Positions 21,457-32,889 are shown, numbered from the stretch's first letter. The stretch is 64,000 nucleotides of DNA from Rhodosorus marinus CCMP1338 (GCA_029953675.1 JAMWBK010000003.1:1302001-1366000), one strand, 5' to 3'. Made by a program: numbers and translations. Notes: generated by a model not told the origin, from the sequence alone.

Positions 21457-23399
21457 AACAAGCACAGATATACGGTGAGGTTTTATTAAGGAAAGCTTTA
21501 TGATCGAGGAGACGCTGGGACAGTACCCAGCACCTCTCCGCCACCCGGGCACCAACGGCCCCGGCCCAGCGCAGAGGGGATGGCGACACCGAATGGAAGT
21601 CGGAGGCCAGAACAGAGCGGCAGGACCACAAGCACCCAGGATTTCGAAGCAGCGAACACACAGGAGGCTTACAGGATGGAGACTCAAGAGGCAACTGGAC
21701 CCGCGGCAGCCTTTTTGCACCAACTTCGCGCCTTCGACCGGTGCTATCAGGACTTGGGAATTGGTGAAGCAGTTATCGCGGACTTCTAGCAGGCTATATT
21801 CAAATTCTACTCACGGATTAACAGCGTCTTGTCTCTCGCTTCTCAGGGTAGTTAGCCTCTGAATAAACGGATCATCGATTAACAGCACCATTGAACTCGA
21901 AGGAATTACCGCACGTCTCTCCGAGCTTTCAGCAATACCTTATATGTGGCACGGTGGAGCCGCAGCATCGAACCCCTCCCAAATCCTGCAACAGCACCCG
22001 CCGGCGGCGGCCATCAATCAACATGCAGCCGGAACGCGACTCAATCAACTACCCCTCAGGACAGGTGTCACGGTCCCAGTGGACCACGCAGAGACCTTCC
22101 CAGTCATCGGGAATGGCAGTACACAACCTACCTACGCTGAGTGTACGGCTCAGAAAGCCTCTGGGCGCGGAGAAGCAGCACAAACCCGCACAGTAGGACG
22201 CCCAGGGCCGCAGACCCAGCAAGCTGCCCTGAGACAGCTGCACGCTACGGTGGAGGGAGCTATCTGGGGACCAGAGACCACACTGGTCCTCGCCACGCTC
22301 AGGAATGTACGACCCCCGCGGCAGGATGAAGTGGCCCCATCAGACTTTGCAACGGTTCTTTGCCGAGCATCGGGGATCCCAAGCTCTTATGTGGTGCATG
22401 TGGACTTCATTGCCTCCCACGCCTGCCTGCTATGCCACCCAGACGCAATTCCGCTTTTCCAAAGCGCCATTTCACGGGGAGTTTTCAGGACCGGGATTTT
22501 CGGCTCTTTTACCCTGTGACACCCCGATCGGCATGTGACCCTGTCAACTGGCCAGGCGCCTGAGGCCGATAACCTACTGGGATACAACGAACGCCAACGC
22601 ATCGCACAGGCGGACATAGCGGCCCAGACACTGCAGAGGGCCATCGAGCAGATTATTCGCATCCGTTCGAGGCTTCGCAGGAGACAACTCTCTTTCAATA
22701 CTCTCGCGGCAATACACGAGTACCTGGACGCAAGACTCGAGGTCCTACAAGTCAGGCAACATCCCCCAAGTGTGCCCGGGGAGAGCGCGGAACCCCCAGC
22801 GCCTGCAGCGGCTACAAACGCAGACCCTGAAGCCTCGTCCCCTCCAGGCGACGTACAGGCAGACCGTGGGACAGTCGGCGCTCTGGGTGATTACAGCGCG
22901 ACATCCCAAATACCTCAAGAGGATGGACAAGAGGACAACCCCCACGCGGAGCTCCTCTCCAACCTGCTGGAACCTCCGCAACAGAAACGCTTGCGAGTAT
23001 CTGCTGACGGCACAGTCACGGATACAGAGATGACTTCAGCAGCCGTAGAGACTGCACAAGCTAACACTGTGCTGGAGGCTGACTTACACGCCCACCATCA
23101 CCAGATGGACACAGGAGACAGCCAGGAAAACACGACACAATAATGCCCAGCAGACGTAGAGGAATCAAACGACGACGGGATGAGTCTGCGCTAACGAGCC
23201 TCTGTTCTTCTCGGATCGTCAAGCCTGGGTCAAACGGTGGACCGACTTCGTTGACCAAGTTACGACAGGAGGCAGGCATTGGACGCGCCTAACACACTGC
23301 CCGGTACCCACACGGCGCTTTGTGCCCCGTGCCCACGTCAATACCTGGAGCCGCCTTCTTCGTGCAGCTCTTGAGATTTCCATGGACACCGCTGCACCA
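21457..23399 (+). mobile_element. Family A element, 5' half (ORF1 plus start of ORF2), 3'-truncated
   Basis: Homologous to 13048-14850; TAATG junction at 23141-23145; ORF1 broken by a stop and a 51-nt insertion. Confidence 0.88.
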
Positions 23400-23509
23400 G
23401 GGTTACGTTAGTCTGGGGTTAGACGTAGTGTTGCGCTGCAGTAGGCAGCTGCCCAGTAAAGCTTACGGTTACTTTAGTCTCGTATTCTGGGGATACGTTA
23501 GTCTGGGGT
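23400..23509 (+). repeat. Telomere-like repeats flanking a ~45-nt family A 3' tail
   Basis: GGGTTACGTTAGTCTGGGGTTA, then GACGTAGTGTTGCGCTGCAGTAGGCAGCTGCCCAGTAAAGCTTAC, then GGTTACTTTAGTCT...CTGGGGATACGTTAGTCTGGGGT. Confidence 0.88.
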
Positions 23510-24405
23510 AAAACAAAGTTCTCCGATCTAACGATTGTCGCTATCCATGACGATATTACGATCGTGGGACCCCTGCAGGAACTGAAGCAAGCACTAGCCT
23601 GGAGCCGAACTATGCTCCCATCTCTTGGGGCCCGCCTACAACTCAACAATTGCACGCTATACGGCCAAGCCTTGGCGACGGCGCGAGTCATCAATCGCGA
23701 GATACCTGGCATACATGTCACCCGAGAAGGCGTCACTATCCATTCGATCCCGATAGGAAACCGGGAATAAATCGAGCACGAGTGCCGTGCGCTTCAAAAT
23801 AAGCACGAAAAGCTCATCAAGGAAATAGCACAGCTACCGCAACATGAACTTAACGCGCAGGTCGCATTTTTCAGTTACTGCGCTGAAACGCGCCTAGATT
23901 ATCTGCTACGATGCCTAGCCTACCCGTTCGGCCGCAGTCTGGCACGGGAGGCGGATACCATGACGAGATATAATTTGGAAACCTTGCTCGGAGGCCTTGG
24001 TACCTCTGGCATGGAGGACGAGGAGCACCTGGGACACATCTGGGAACAGATTGCGCTGCCTTGCCGGTGGGGTGGATTGGGGTTCGCTACTCGACGGCGT
24101 ATCCAGCCTATCGCTTACTACTCGGCTTGGACAAATACCTTTCGAAGCAATACAGGCGACTGGCCTTACATCGCTGAGCTGCAGAGGCAGGTTTATACAG
24201 ACAGAAATCCGGCTACGAACACCGTGACACGACTACAATGGTCCACAGAACACCTTGCAGACCAGATACAATCATCTGCTCGAGCGATACAACGCAGGCT
24301 GCGTCCCGAAACTCCGCCCCGGATCAGAAGACTGGCCACCCTGCAGCAGACGAGGGAAAACCCCCCAGGAGACGCCCCAGAAGACTGTGGCGATTGGAAA
24401 AATGG
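23510..24405 (+). mobile_element. Family A internal fragment (RT motif C to pre-zinc-finger region)
   Basis: TIVAIHDDITIVGP...WEQIALPCRWGGLG; closely similar to 16325-17530. Confidence 0.88.
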
Positions 24406-24710
24406 TTCGAGGATTCCCAACCTTGACCGAAGTCCCGTCAGCCAAACTTCGATAGTTTCTTTATTGTTTCCCTGACCACTGGGGTCGATATCTCCCACTT
24501 AAGTAATCTACTATACCATGGATGTGATCGATGTCTTGTACGGTTCAAACTACTTCAAACGTTTGAACCTCCATCCGGTTAGTCTACCGTATACCATCCA
24601 CACACCGGTTCTACCATATATAGGACGATGTGAGGATTGTCCTTCTACGTGCTGAGAGCGCATGGTCACCGTTGATCGTGTGACCGTTTCAACTTGTTTC
24701 AAAGAGAGCA

Positions 24711-25546
24711 GTGAGTTAAGCGCAGCCAGCGGCAGTTTGGATCCGAAACTTTCCAAAGCTTAAAATCAGAAAACGATAATTAATTCTTCTCCTCGGGGGT
24801 TCCCTGAAGACGATTGGATAACAAAATATGTCGGAGAAAACGGGGATCAGGACCGGTTCAAATAATTTTAATGATACAAACGTTGTTTTTGTTTAATGAT
24901 ATTAAGGTTGAGAATCGTTGTGGATTACTTTGTTGTTTGAACATGCACATATTTCCATTATCTCTCGATCTGAAGTACGTGCATGTTCAACAACAAAGTA
25001 AGAATCGTTGTGTATTCACAACGATTCTCAGCTTTAATATCATTAAACAAAAAAGGGTATATGATACAACCACCGATATTAGCTCACTATTCAAGAAAAG
25101 GGCAATATGATTGCTAATCTAAAAAATGATTTGACGGGAAATTATACTGAAAGTTTTCTTCCGCAAAATGTAGCAGGCTGAAACAGAGTCCTTACGGAAC
25201 AGTTTCTGTTTCAACGAGCCACGCCGTGAGTTGAGCGCAGCGGCAGTTTGGATCCGACATGGTCCAAAGCTCAAAATCAGAAAAGCATAATTAATTAAAC
25301 CAATTTATTCTTCTTTGCGGAGGTTTCCTGAAGACGATTGGATAACAAAATATGTCGGAGAAAACGGGGATCAGGACCGGTGCCCAAATAATTTTAATGA
25401 TACAAACGTTGTTTTTGTTTATTGATATTAATGTTGAGAATCGTCGTGGATTGCTTCGTTGTTGGACATGCACATATTTCCATCCTCCTAAGGGTATACA
25501 AACTACCGAAATTAGCTCACTATTCAAGAAAAAGGCAATATGATTG
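24711..25546 (+). repeat. Two diverged AT-rich direct repeats (24711-25113 and 25226-25546); the first holds a long hairpin
   Basis: Shared blocks such as GAAGACGATTGGATAACAAAATATGTCGGAGAAAACGGGGATCAGGACCGG and ATTAGCTCACTATTCAAGAAAA. Confidence 0.85.
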
Positions 25547-25569
25547 AATGATTTAGATTCTGGAGAAAA

Positions 25570-26112
25570 GAACCTGTTATACCGGGAACTTCGGCCTATA
25601 GTCCGGCAAGCCGGTCTGGAAATCGAACGTGAGAAACCTTTACCCGTCGCGGACTTTCAAAATGATGAACGCCGTGTAGCCGACCTGGTGATCACCTGTG
25701 ACGACAGCCGCCGTACCACATACGTTGATCTTGCTGTTCCTAACCCTCAAGCTAGTCGTTATCTCCCGGCTGCGGGGGAGCGCCGTGGATCTGCCGCCGC
25801 CAGCATGAGACGCCGCAAAGAGATCAAATACGCGGGGGCTTTGTCTTCCCCTGGTGTTCGTGCTTCGGCACTAGCCCATCGCTTGGTACCCCTGATCATT
25901 GAGTGCTTTGGGTTCATGGACTCTGTTGGTTCTCGCTGGCTTCGGGAGTTGTTCCGCGAACGCCCTGACCGTCTTCAATCGTTGTTTACCCGCTTAAGTT
26001 TCCTGCTGTGGCGAATGAATGCCGCTTTGATGTTGGAGGCGCGAGTTCTTCGCCGCACTTAGTCTTTTTTTCCCCTCGGGGTTTTTTCTTTCAGCCTCCG
26101 ATTAAACCATTC
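25570..26112 (+). mobile_element. Family C 3' fragment (RLE domain plus 3' UTR)
   Basis: Essentially identical to 57790-58330; ADLVITCDD, YVDLAVPNP, LVPLIIECFG. Confidence 0.92.
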
Positions 26113-27890
26113 GTCGTATTTCCATCCTCCACGCCGAGCTCCCGCACAACCTTCCGGAGCCTCCCCAGCAAAAACGCACAGACGTGACAGCGGCAGGTGC
26201 AGGCCATGACACCGAGATGCCTCCAGCAGCCTTAGAAGCCCCTCAGCGTGATACCGTTGCGCAGACCCACTCCGCAGCTCACGATAATGCGATGGACATC
26301 CAGACCAGTCAGGAAGACACCCCCCAATAATTGCGAGCCGACGTAGGAGAATCAAACGCAAACAGGAAGAGCCCCTTTTCTTCTCCAAGCGAGAGGATTG
26401 AGCGCTGGAATGTCTTCGTCAACGATATCACGGACAGAGGTAGGTTTTGGACTCGTCTCGCACACTGCCCGGTCCCTACTCGGCGCTTCGTGCCTCCGGC
26501 ACACGTCAACGCCTGGGGCAGCCTCCTTCGGGTCGCCCTGGAGCTCACAATGGACCGCAACGCACCAGTGAATGCCAGCCTCTTCCTCTCCGGGCTCCCA
26601 GGATTTGTCCTCGGGTATACTGCTCTTTAAATCGGCACGCAGGTCACGCATGTACTCGAAGGCGAATTTCACACAGTCTGGACTGCTTTCAGGAATACGC
26701 CTCCAACCAGACACCTCGCACTGCACAAAGCGGATCTGAGATAGCCCAGAAACAGGCGCAAGGGCGCCGAAAACAGGCCCTGAAATTGGCACATCTCGGA
26801 CGCCTTTCACACGCGGCCCGACCACTACAGGCCACCAAACCAGCTCTATTTACCAACGCTACGTGGCACCAATTGGAGGAACTCGCTCTCGGCCCGACGG
26901 AGTGTTCCAGATGGCACTCCCCTGTGGATGGGGAGGACTGGGATTCGCTACGAGAAAACGGATCCAGCCCATCGCCTTCTACTCAGCCTGGTGCGAAGCT
27001 TTCAAAGGTAATCACGGCGAATGGCCATACCTCACCGAGGTACAAGAGCAATCATCTTCGGAAGCGCCTCCAGACACACACACTGAGGAGACTCCAAAGG
27101 TCAACAGCACAGCCTCCTGACCAAATCCGCGCGTCTGCCGCAGCAACACAACGCAGATCGGGCAAAGAGGCCCGCGAGCGAATCAAGAACTTGGTCACCC
27201 TGAAGCAGAGAACCGAAACCGCTCCAGGAGCTGAAGAAGGCCATCCCCCAGGATGGAAACACCAGAGAGGCGCACCATGCAGCTTTCCAAAGATTGGTAT
27301 CCCACCGGCAAATTTTGGCTGAAGATCGGGCCAGAATGCGGTCCGCAGCCAGAGCTGGATCAGGACTGTGGTTAAGGGAAATGGCGACGCTCGCGCCGAA
27401 AAAACTGAGTACAGCAGAACTGCAAGTGAATGTACGACAGCTGTTGGGTTTTGGCGATACCCGGAACACGGACGTCAGCGATTAAACATTCGTTCGACGT
27501 CAGCGAAGTGTACTAGTTTAGGTAGTACTTCTAGTACTAACGGCGTACAAAGTTTCACCACTGCCCAACATCTACGGGACTATGGCAGGGAAGGCACGAC
27601 GAAATCCGTACGGAGCTCGCGCGATGGTTGAATCGCCGGAATTTCATCGAAATTAAAAACAAGAACCCGAAGGGTACTTCGAGAACTAGCGACTAAGACC
27701 GGATATCATTGCCACTCATCCAAGGACGTTCCAAAGGTACGCCCTGGATGTGACGGTTACATCGCCACTGCAGGAGAAATACGTGAATCGGAGTGGGTCA
27801 GGGCATGGATATGCTCCGAAACGAGCGGAGAGGTGGAAAATGGCACATTACAAAGAGGCGATGTCGGTGGAGAAGCCAGACGACAAGTTA
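26113..27890 (+). mobile_element. A-subfamily element with the RT domain deleted
   Basis: ORF1 end and ORF2 start are present; the sequence jumps near 26885 from the ORF2 N-terminus directly to FQMALPCGWGGLG and continues into the RLE (DVTVTSPL, AERWKMAHY). Confidence 0.8.
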
Positions 27891-28540
27891 CCAGCACAAG
27901 TCCTCTGCATCACGGACTGGAAATCGCCTGCCACACCGGAAGAAGAGGGGAATCCGCCAAATCCAGCCGAAAACCCTATGATTGGTTTCATCCAAAAACT
28001 CCTATCGAACTGGAGTCACCGACAGGCGTTTGAGGAATTGGTAGAGAACCGGAGGATTTGTGAAACGGTACATGTGCGTCTCCGTTTGCACCGAATCAGG
28101 AGGAGGGACCTGGCTGCGAACTTCCCATCGAGACACCCGCGGGGTCTGAACACTGACGAAGTGAACCTAAGCCTGAGACAACCGCTGGGATCGCTGCGGG
28201 GAGTACGAACACTTAGTACGGTGTACTATTTGTTCACAACGCCATGACTCTCTAGGCATTCAACGCCTGTACCACTGAACCAGCTCTACAGGGAGCTGAA
28301 ACGTGCGCCACAACATGGCCCGGGACGCTCTTGCTACGCAAGTGAGACAATGGAGACTGGAGGTGACGCTGGAACCGAGCGGACACTACCCAGGCAGCCA
28401 CCTTCGACCGGACATTTTAGCACGCCATCCTCGGACCGGGAAGCTGTACGTGATCGACGTCAAAGTGACCTTGCCGCTGCCAAAGACCTACCTACACAAA
28501 ACGTCCTGGGAGACCGGGTACGACTTGTCACATGTCCCTC
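27890..28540 (+). mobile_element. Degenerate RLE region of a further diverged family
   Basis: VRHNMARD...HLRPDILARHP...YVIDVKVTLP. Confidence 0.7.
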
Positions 28541-28732
28541 GTCTAACGTATCCCAATCTTCAGAAGACATCGCTTTATTTAGAACCCCAGATCATGTATC
28601 CTCGCAAAGATCGTGGACCTTGTGAGCGGGTATTGAACGGTAAGATGGCTGATCACCAATGTTTTTGTCCCAATGCCGTACCCAAATGAGTCTAGTTACA
28701 ATCAGAAATTCATTTAGGAAGCGTGGAGGTTG

Positions 28733-28954
28733 CAGTCACTCAGGCCATTGCTATTAGCGGCACGGGGTACATTTTTCCATCAAGGAAGAACCAGCTTGTT
28801 TCTTATTATGGCGTGTATGCAGACTGCTTTGATGCTGGAGACCCGCGGTTCTTGCCGCTCGTAGTCTTTTCTTTCCTCTCGTTTTTTTTTCTATTGAAAT
28901 TACCTTCCCGCAGAAATGTTCCTCGTTCCGCCAATAGCAATGACCTGAGTGACT
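28733..28954. mobile_element. MITE with ~41-bp terminal inverted repeats
   Basis: The left end CAGTCACTCAGGCCATTGCTATTAGCGGCACGGGGTACATTT matches the reverse complement of the right end with 5 mismatches. Related copies at 32636-32889 and 30881-30975 (partial, preceded by TA). Confidence 0.7.
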
Positions 28955-29117
28955 TCAACCTCCACGCTGCCTACCACTCCTGATTGTATCCATCAGTGCT
29001 CAGTTTAAGTTTCTTGCAGTGGCGTGCTTGAGCCGTTTGGAACCTTCTCGGGGACTTTCATATTCGTCAATAATAAAGAGGTTTACCCTTTGCCCAAAAG
29101 GCAATGATTTTCTGGCT

Positions 29118-29621
29118 TTATTAGCATAGCCTACAGCGCTACGCAAACAGGGAAAGGAACTAAGAACTAGGTAGGGAAGCGTGCAAACCCAGGCGCCGAT
29201 GGCGCGCCTCGGCAAGCATGTTGCTCGAATATCGCCACATAGAGACACTTAAGCGCTGCAAAAGTTCCAAGTATTCAACAGGATGCTCAAGGAAACATTT
29301 CCTCAACCCTCCAAACCCGACTTCTCCACGTGACCAAAGCTTTCCACAATGAAAGGCTGGAACCGGTGGGAGCGACCCTCAGCGCGAGGTAGACTGGCCA
29401 TACTCTGAGCATACCGTCGTTCCTTGACTCGGCGAAGGGCCGAAGCAGCTGCTCCCCGGCGGCGGGCGGCAGCCGTGAGATGGGCGCTTGCCACAGGGCA
29501 TGTAATCGCGAAGTCAACATATGCTGAGCGTCTGGCGGCAGCATCGGAGACGAGGAGATCTGCGATACAGCGGGGCGGTGCCCTATCCGAGACCGATCTG
29601 GGTAGTTCCGATTCCACCTCA
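29118..29621 (-). mobile_element. Family B 3' fragment
   Basis: CIADLLVSDAAARR, HRFQPFIVESFGH; 3' UTR hairpin GCGTAGC-GCTGTAG-GCTATGC. Confidence 0.88.
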
Positions 29622-29701
29622 AATGATTTTCTAGCCTGATTGAATGTCTATTAATGGACTTACGCAGATCCCCGAACCGCATAATAGAAATTTAGTATTA
29701 G

Positions 29702-29895
29702 TAGGGTTGTCGTCTCCGCCCGAGAAAAAAAGGTCGTATCTCGTCCGATTAATATCGGACCTGTATAAAGTATAACTAGAGAATATATTCTGTTGACCCC
29801 TGTCCGATACGAGTTTATCGGACCTGAATATAAAAGATAAAATAGGTCTCGTCCGATAAATGGTCCGATAACGACCGATTGCGTCCGATTTATTT
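29702..29895. repeat. Cluster of GTCCGAT/ATCGGAC motifs after TAGGGTTGTC; possible DNA-transposon end
   Basis: About seven copies in both orientations, including the palindromes GTCCGAT-TAAT-ATCGGAC and GTCCGATA-CGAGTT-TATCGGAC. Confidence 0.5.
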
Positions 29896-30059
29896 TCAAT
29901 GCATGTTTTTCGGTCATCGTGCATGGTCGTTCGCCGTTGGCTTTGGCTTGGCTAGTCACCCCCTAAAAGCAGCAGGGTATTGACCTGCTCAGAATATATT
30001 GGAAACTCAGAGTAGCCGTCGCGGAAGGAACCGGGCAAGTTGTAGAAAGAGGAGACAAG

Positions 30060-30470
30060 GCGGTGGCCAGCTACCGTGTGATAGGGTGTGAGAGTATGAG
30101 CACGCAATCTTGCTCAACTCTGCACTCACACCGCCCACATCCGCGGCTCGACTCCGCGACCTGGGAGGCCATCTATCGCACCTGTGGTTACTACTTTGTC
30201 CTCGTCGCTGGGCCACCGTCTTGATGCCTTCCAACTCCGGACTGCAGCACGCATCTATCTGGGTTTGCCACAAGCTCCGTGGCACTCTAGTCCTCCGTCC
30301 TTCTGCCAAGGCTGTGAGAGTAGGGTTGACGGCTGTGGTCTCCACTTCCTTGAATCATGCGGGCTGTTGAGAGGTCTCCATACGCAACTTCACACTCGAC
30401 TCAAGTACATCCTGAGTGAATACATGACCAAGGTAGGGCATATGGTGGAGGTGGAATCGGAACTCCCAGC
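30060..30470 (+). mobile_element. Degenerate family B zinc-finger region
   Basis: LGGHLSHLWL...FCQGCESRVDGCGLHFLESCG...HTRLKYILSE. Confidence 0.82.
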
Positions 30471-30995
30471 GCAGTCTCTGAAAAGTTTTATAAAAACTGT
30501 AACACAAAGTGCAAAAATCAAGCTGAGATAGTTCAGCTGATGTCATTATGAGAAAGCGCTGAGGCAATTAGGCTGGCGTGAAGAAACGCATAATCAGTCA
30601 TCACATACGGAACTATAAGGAAAAGAGAAAAGTACCTCCTACTAAAGGAAATCTGTCCATCCCCCCCCAAAAAAGAAGCTGATGGTTTGACATCTATCCA
30701 CTAAATTTCTGTTTCCGACGACGAATGGTTTAATCGACCAGTGTGGGGCCAGCGACGGATAAGTCTAGTTCATAGACATCGAAACACGCTAGAAAATTAG
30801 AGCGTTTGGACGCTGCAGAATCTCCATATTAATAATAAAGAGACTTAACCAGTATGAAAGTCTCCGACGCGTGGAGCCTACAGTCACTCAGGTCATTTGC
30901 TATTGGCGGAACGAGGTACATTTCTGGAAGGAAAGGCGGGTCTACTTAATTTCAATAGAAAACAAAATGGGGAGCAAAAACTGCACTTTCTAAAT

Positions 30996-31214
30996 TGAGT
31001 GCTTTGGGTTTATGGACTCTGTTGGTTCTCGTTGGCTTCGGGAGTTGTTCCGCGAACGCCCTGACCGTCTTCAATCGTTGTTTACCCGCTTAAGTTTCCT
31101 GCTGTGGCGCATGAATGCCGCTTTGATGTTGGAGGCGCGAGTTCTTCGCCGCACTTAGTCTTTTTTTCCCCTCGGGGTTTTTTCTTTCAGCCTCCGATTA
31201 AACCATTCGTTCGT
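30996..31214 (+). mobile_element. Short family C 3' insertion with TSD
   Basis: C 3' end with CATTCGTTCGTTC tail; TTCTAAAT at 30988-30995 and 31215-31222. Confidence 0.88.
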
Positions 31215-31516
31215 TCTAAATAGACTCATTTGGGTACGGCGTAGGAAGAAAAACATTGGTGCCCGGCAATCTCACCCATCAATACCCGCTCACAGGTTCC
31301 ACGGTCTTTGTGAGGATACGTGGTCTGGGGTTATATATAAGTAAAGCGATGCCTTCTGAAGATTGGGATGTCTTGGACGAGGGATATCTGATAAGTCGGA
31401 TATTCCCAGAAGCAGGGATTGTGATAAGAGCTCAGATTCGAATTTGGACAGGAGTAAACGAGTTTGTAGACAGTCGGCAGAAGTTTCCTAGTTCGTGCAG
31501 AGGGAAGGGATTGAAC

Positions 31517-32347
31517 ATGATGAGGTTGTGTGGTTTAATTTTTGTCACTCTGGTAGGGTTCACGATGGCGGTTCCATTGATGGAGAAAATTCATCTTGCG
31601 GAGACGGTAGGTTTCGTTCAAGGTGCGGAGCCGGCCGCCCGCGTTCAAACTACGGAGACGGTAGACCGCGTTCAAGGTGCGGAACCGGCAGCCTTCGTGG
31701 ATGCGGAGACGGTAGGCTTCGGTCAAGGTGCGGAGCCGGCAGCCCACGTTCAAGGTGCGGAGCCGGCAGCCCACGTTCAAGGTGCGGAGCCGGCAGCCCA
31801 CGTTCAAGGTGCGGAGCCGGCAGCCCACGTTCAAGCTGCGGAGACGGTAGACCCCGTTCAAGGTACTACGATATTCAGCTGGAATCCGGTATACGCAATT
31901 AATTGGACTGATTTACCCGAAGTAGACTCGGTTCAAGCTGCGGAGACGGTAGACCCCGTTCAAGGTACTAGCGGATTCAGCTGGAATCCGGTATACGCAA
32001 TTAATTGGACTGATTTACCTGAAGTAGACTCGGTTCAAGCTGCGGCGACGGTAGACCCCGTTCAAGGTACTACGATATTCAGCTGGAATCCGGTATACGC
32101 AATTAATTGGACTGATTTACCCGAAGTAGACTTGGTTCAAGCTGCGGAGACGGTAGACCCCGTTCAAGGTACTAGCGGATTCAGCTGGAATCCGGTATAC
32201 GCAATTAATTGGACTGATTTACCTGAAGTAGACTTGGTTCAAGCTGCGGAGACGGTAGACCCCGTTCAAGGTACTAGCGGATTCAGCTGGAATCCGGTAT
32301 ACGCAATTAATTGGACGGATTTACCCGAAGTGCTCCTCGGGGCGTAG
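31517..32347 (+). CDS. Predicted secreted tandem-repeat glycoprotein
   Basis: ATG 31517 gives a signal-peptide-like MMRLCGLIFVTLVGFTMA; four 9-aa repeats (VQGAEPAAH) then five 34-aa (102-nt) repeats, each with an N-W-T sequon; frame fully open. Confidence 0.75.
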   Translation: MMRLCGLIFVTLVGFTMAVPLMEKIHLAETVGFVQGAEPAARVQTTETVDRVQGAEPAAFVDAETVGFGQGAEPAAHVQGAEPAAHVQGAEPAAHVQGAEPAAHVQAAETVDPVQGTTIFSWNPVYAINWTDLPEVDSVQAAETVDPVQGTSGFSWNPVYAINWTDLPEVDSVQAAATVDPVQGTTIFSWNPVYAINWTDLPEVDLVQAAETVDPVQGTSGFSWNPVYAINWTDLPEVDLVQAAETVDPVQGTSGFSWNPVYAINWTDLPEVLLGA

Positions 32348-32635
32348 TATTTACTAAAGTTCAGTAAGACCATAAAACAAAGTGCAAAAATCAAGCTGAG
32401 ATAGCTCAGCTAATGTGAGCCAATTAGGCTGGCATTAAAAAACGCATAATCAGTCATCACATACGGAACTATAAGGAGTTCGCTAGGAAAAGAGAAAAGT
32501 ACCTCCTATTAAATTAAATCTGTCCATCCCCCCCACCCCCCACCAAAAAAACCTGGTAGTTTTACTTCCATCTGCTAAATTTCTGTTTCCAGTGCGGGCC
32601 CACCGAGTATGAACGTCTCCGAAGCGTGGAGCCTC

Positions 32636-32889
32636 CAGTCACTCAGGTCACTCAGGGGATTTGCTAGTGGCGGAACGAGGTACATTTCTGGAAGGAAAGG
32701 CACATCTACTTAATTTCAATAGAAAACAAAATGAGGGGAAAAAAGACTACGCTTTATGCTGGAGGTGCGTTAAGATCGCTCACCTCTGGCATCCAGAGCA
32801 GTGTTCATACGTCATAGTAAGAAACCAGTCGGTGCTTCCTTGGCGGACAAAGATACCCCGTTCCGCAAATAGCAATGACTTAAGTGACT
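32636..32889. mobile_element. Second copy of the CAGTCACT-ended MITE
   Basis: Left CAGTCACTCAGG...GGCGGAACGAGG; right CCCCGTTCCGCAAATAGCAATGACTTAAGTGACT. Confidence 0.65.

Noticed and set aside
31256-31516. Upstream extension of the repeat-protein ORF from TTG 31256
   Set aside because: Non-ATG start and no homology in the paralogue; a signal-peptide-like segment begins at ATG 31517.
31850-32330. 102-nt repeats as CRISPR or satellite
   Set aside because: The units are contiguous, in frame and nearly identical: a coding tandem repeat.
30490-32735. Direct repeats as LTRs of an LTR retrotransposon
   Set aside because: No TG…CA termini, PBS, PPT or gag/pol between them; the repeats are diverged and gapped.
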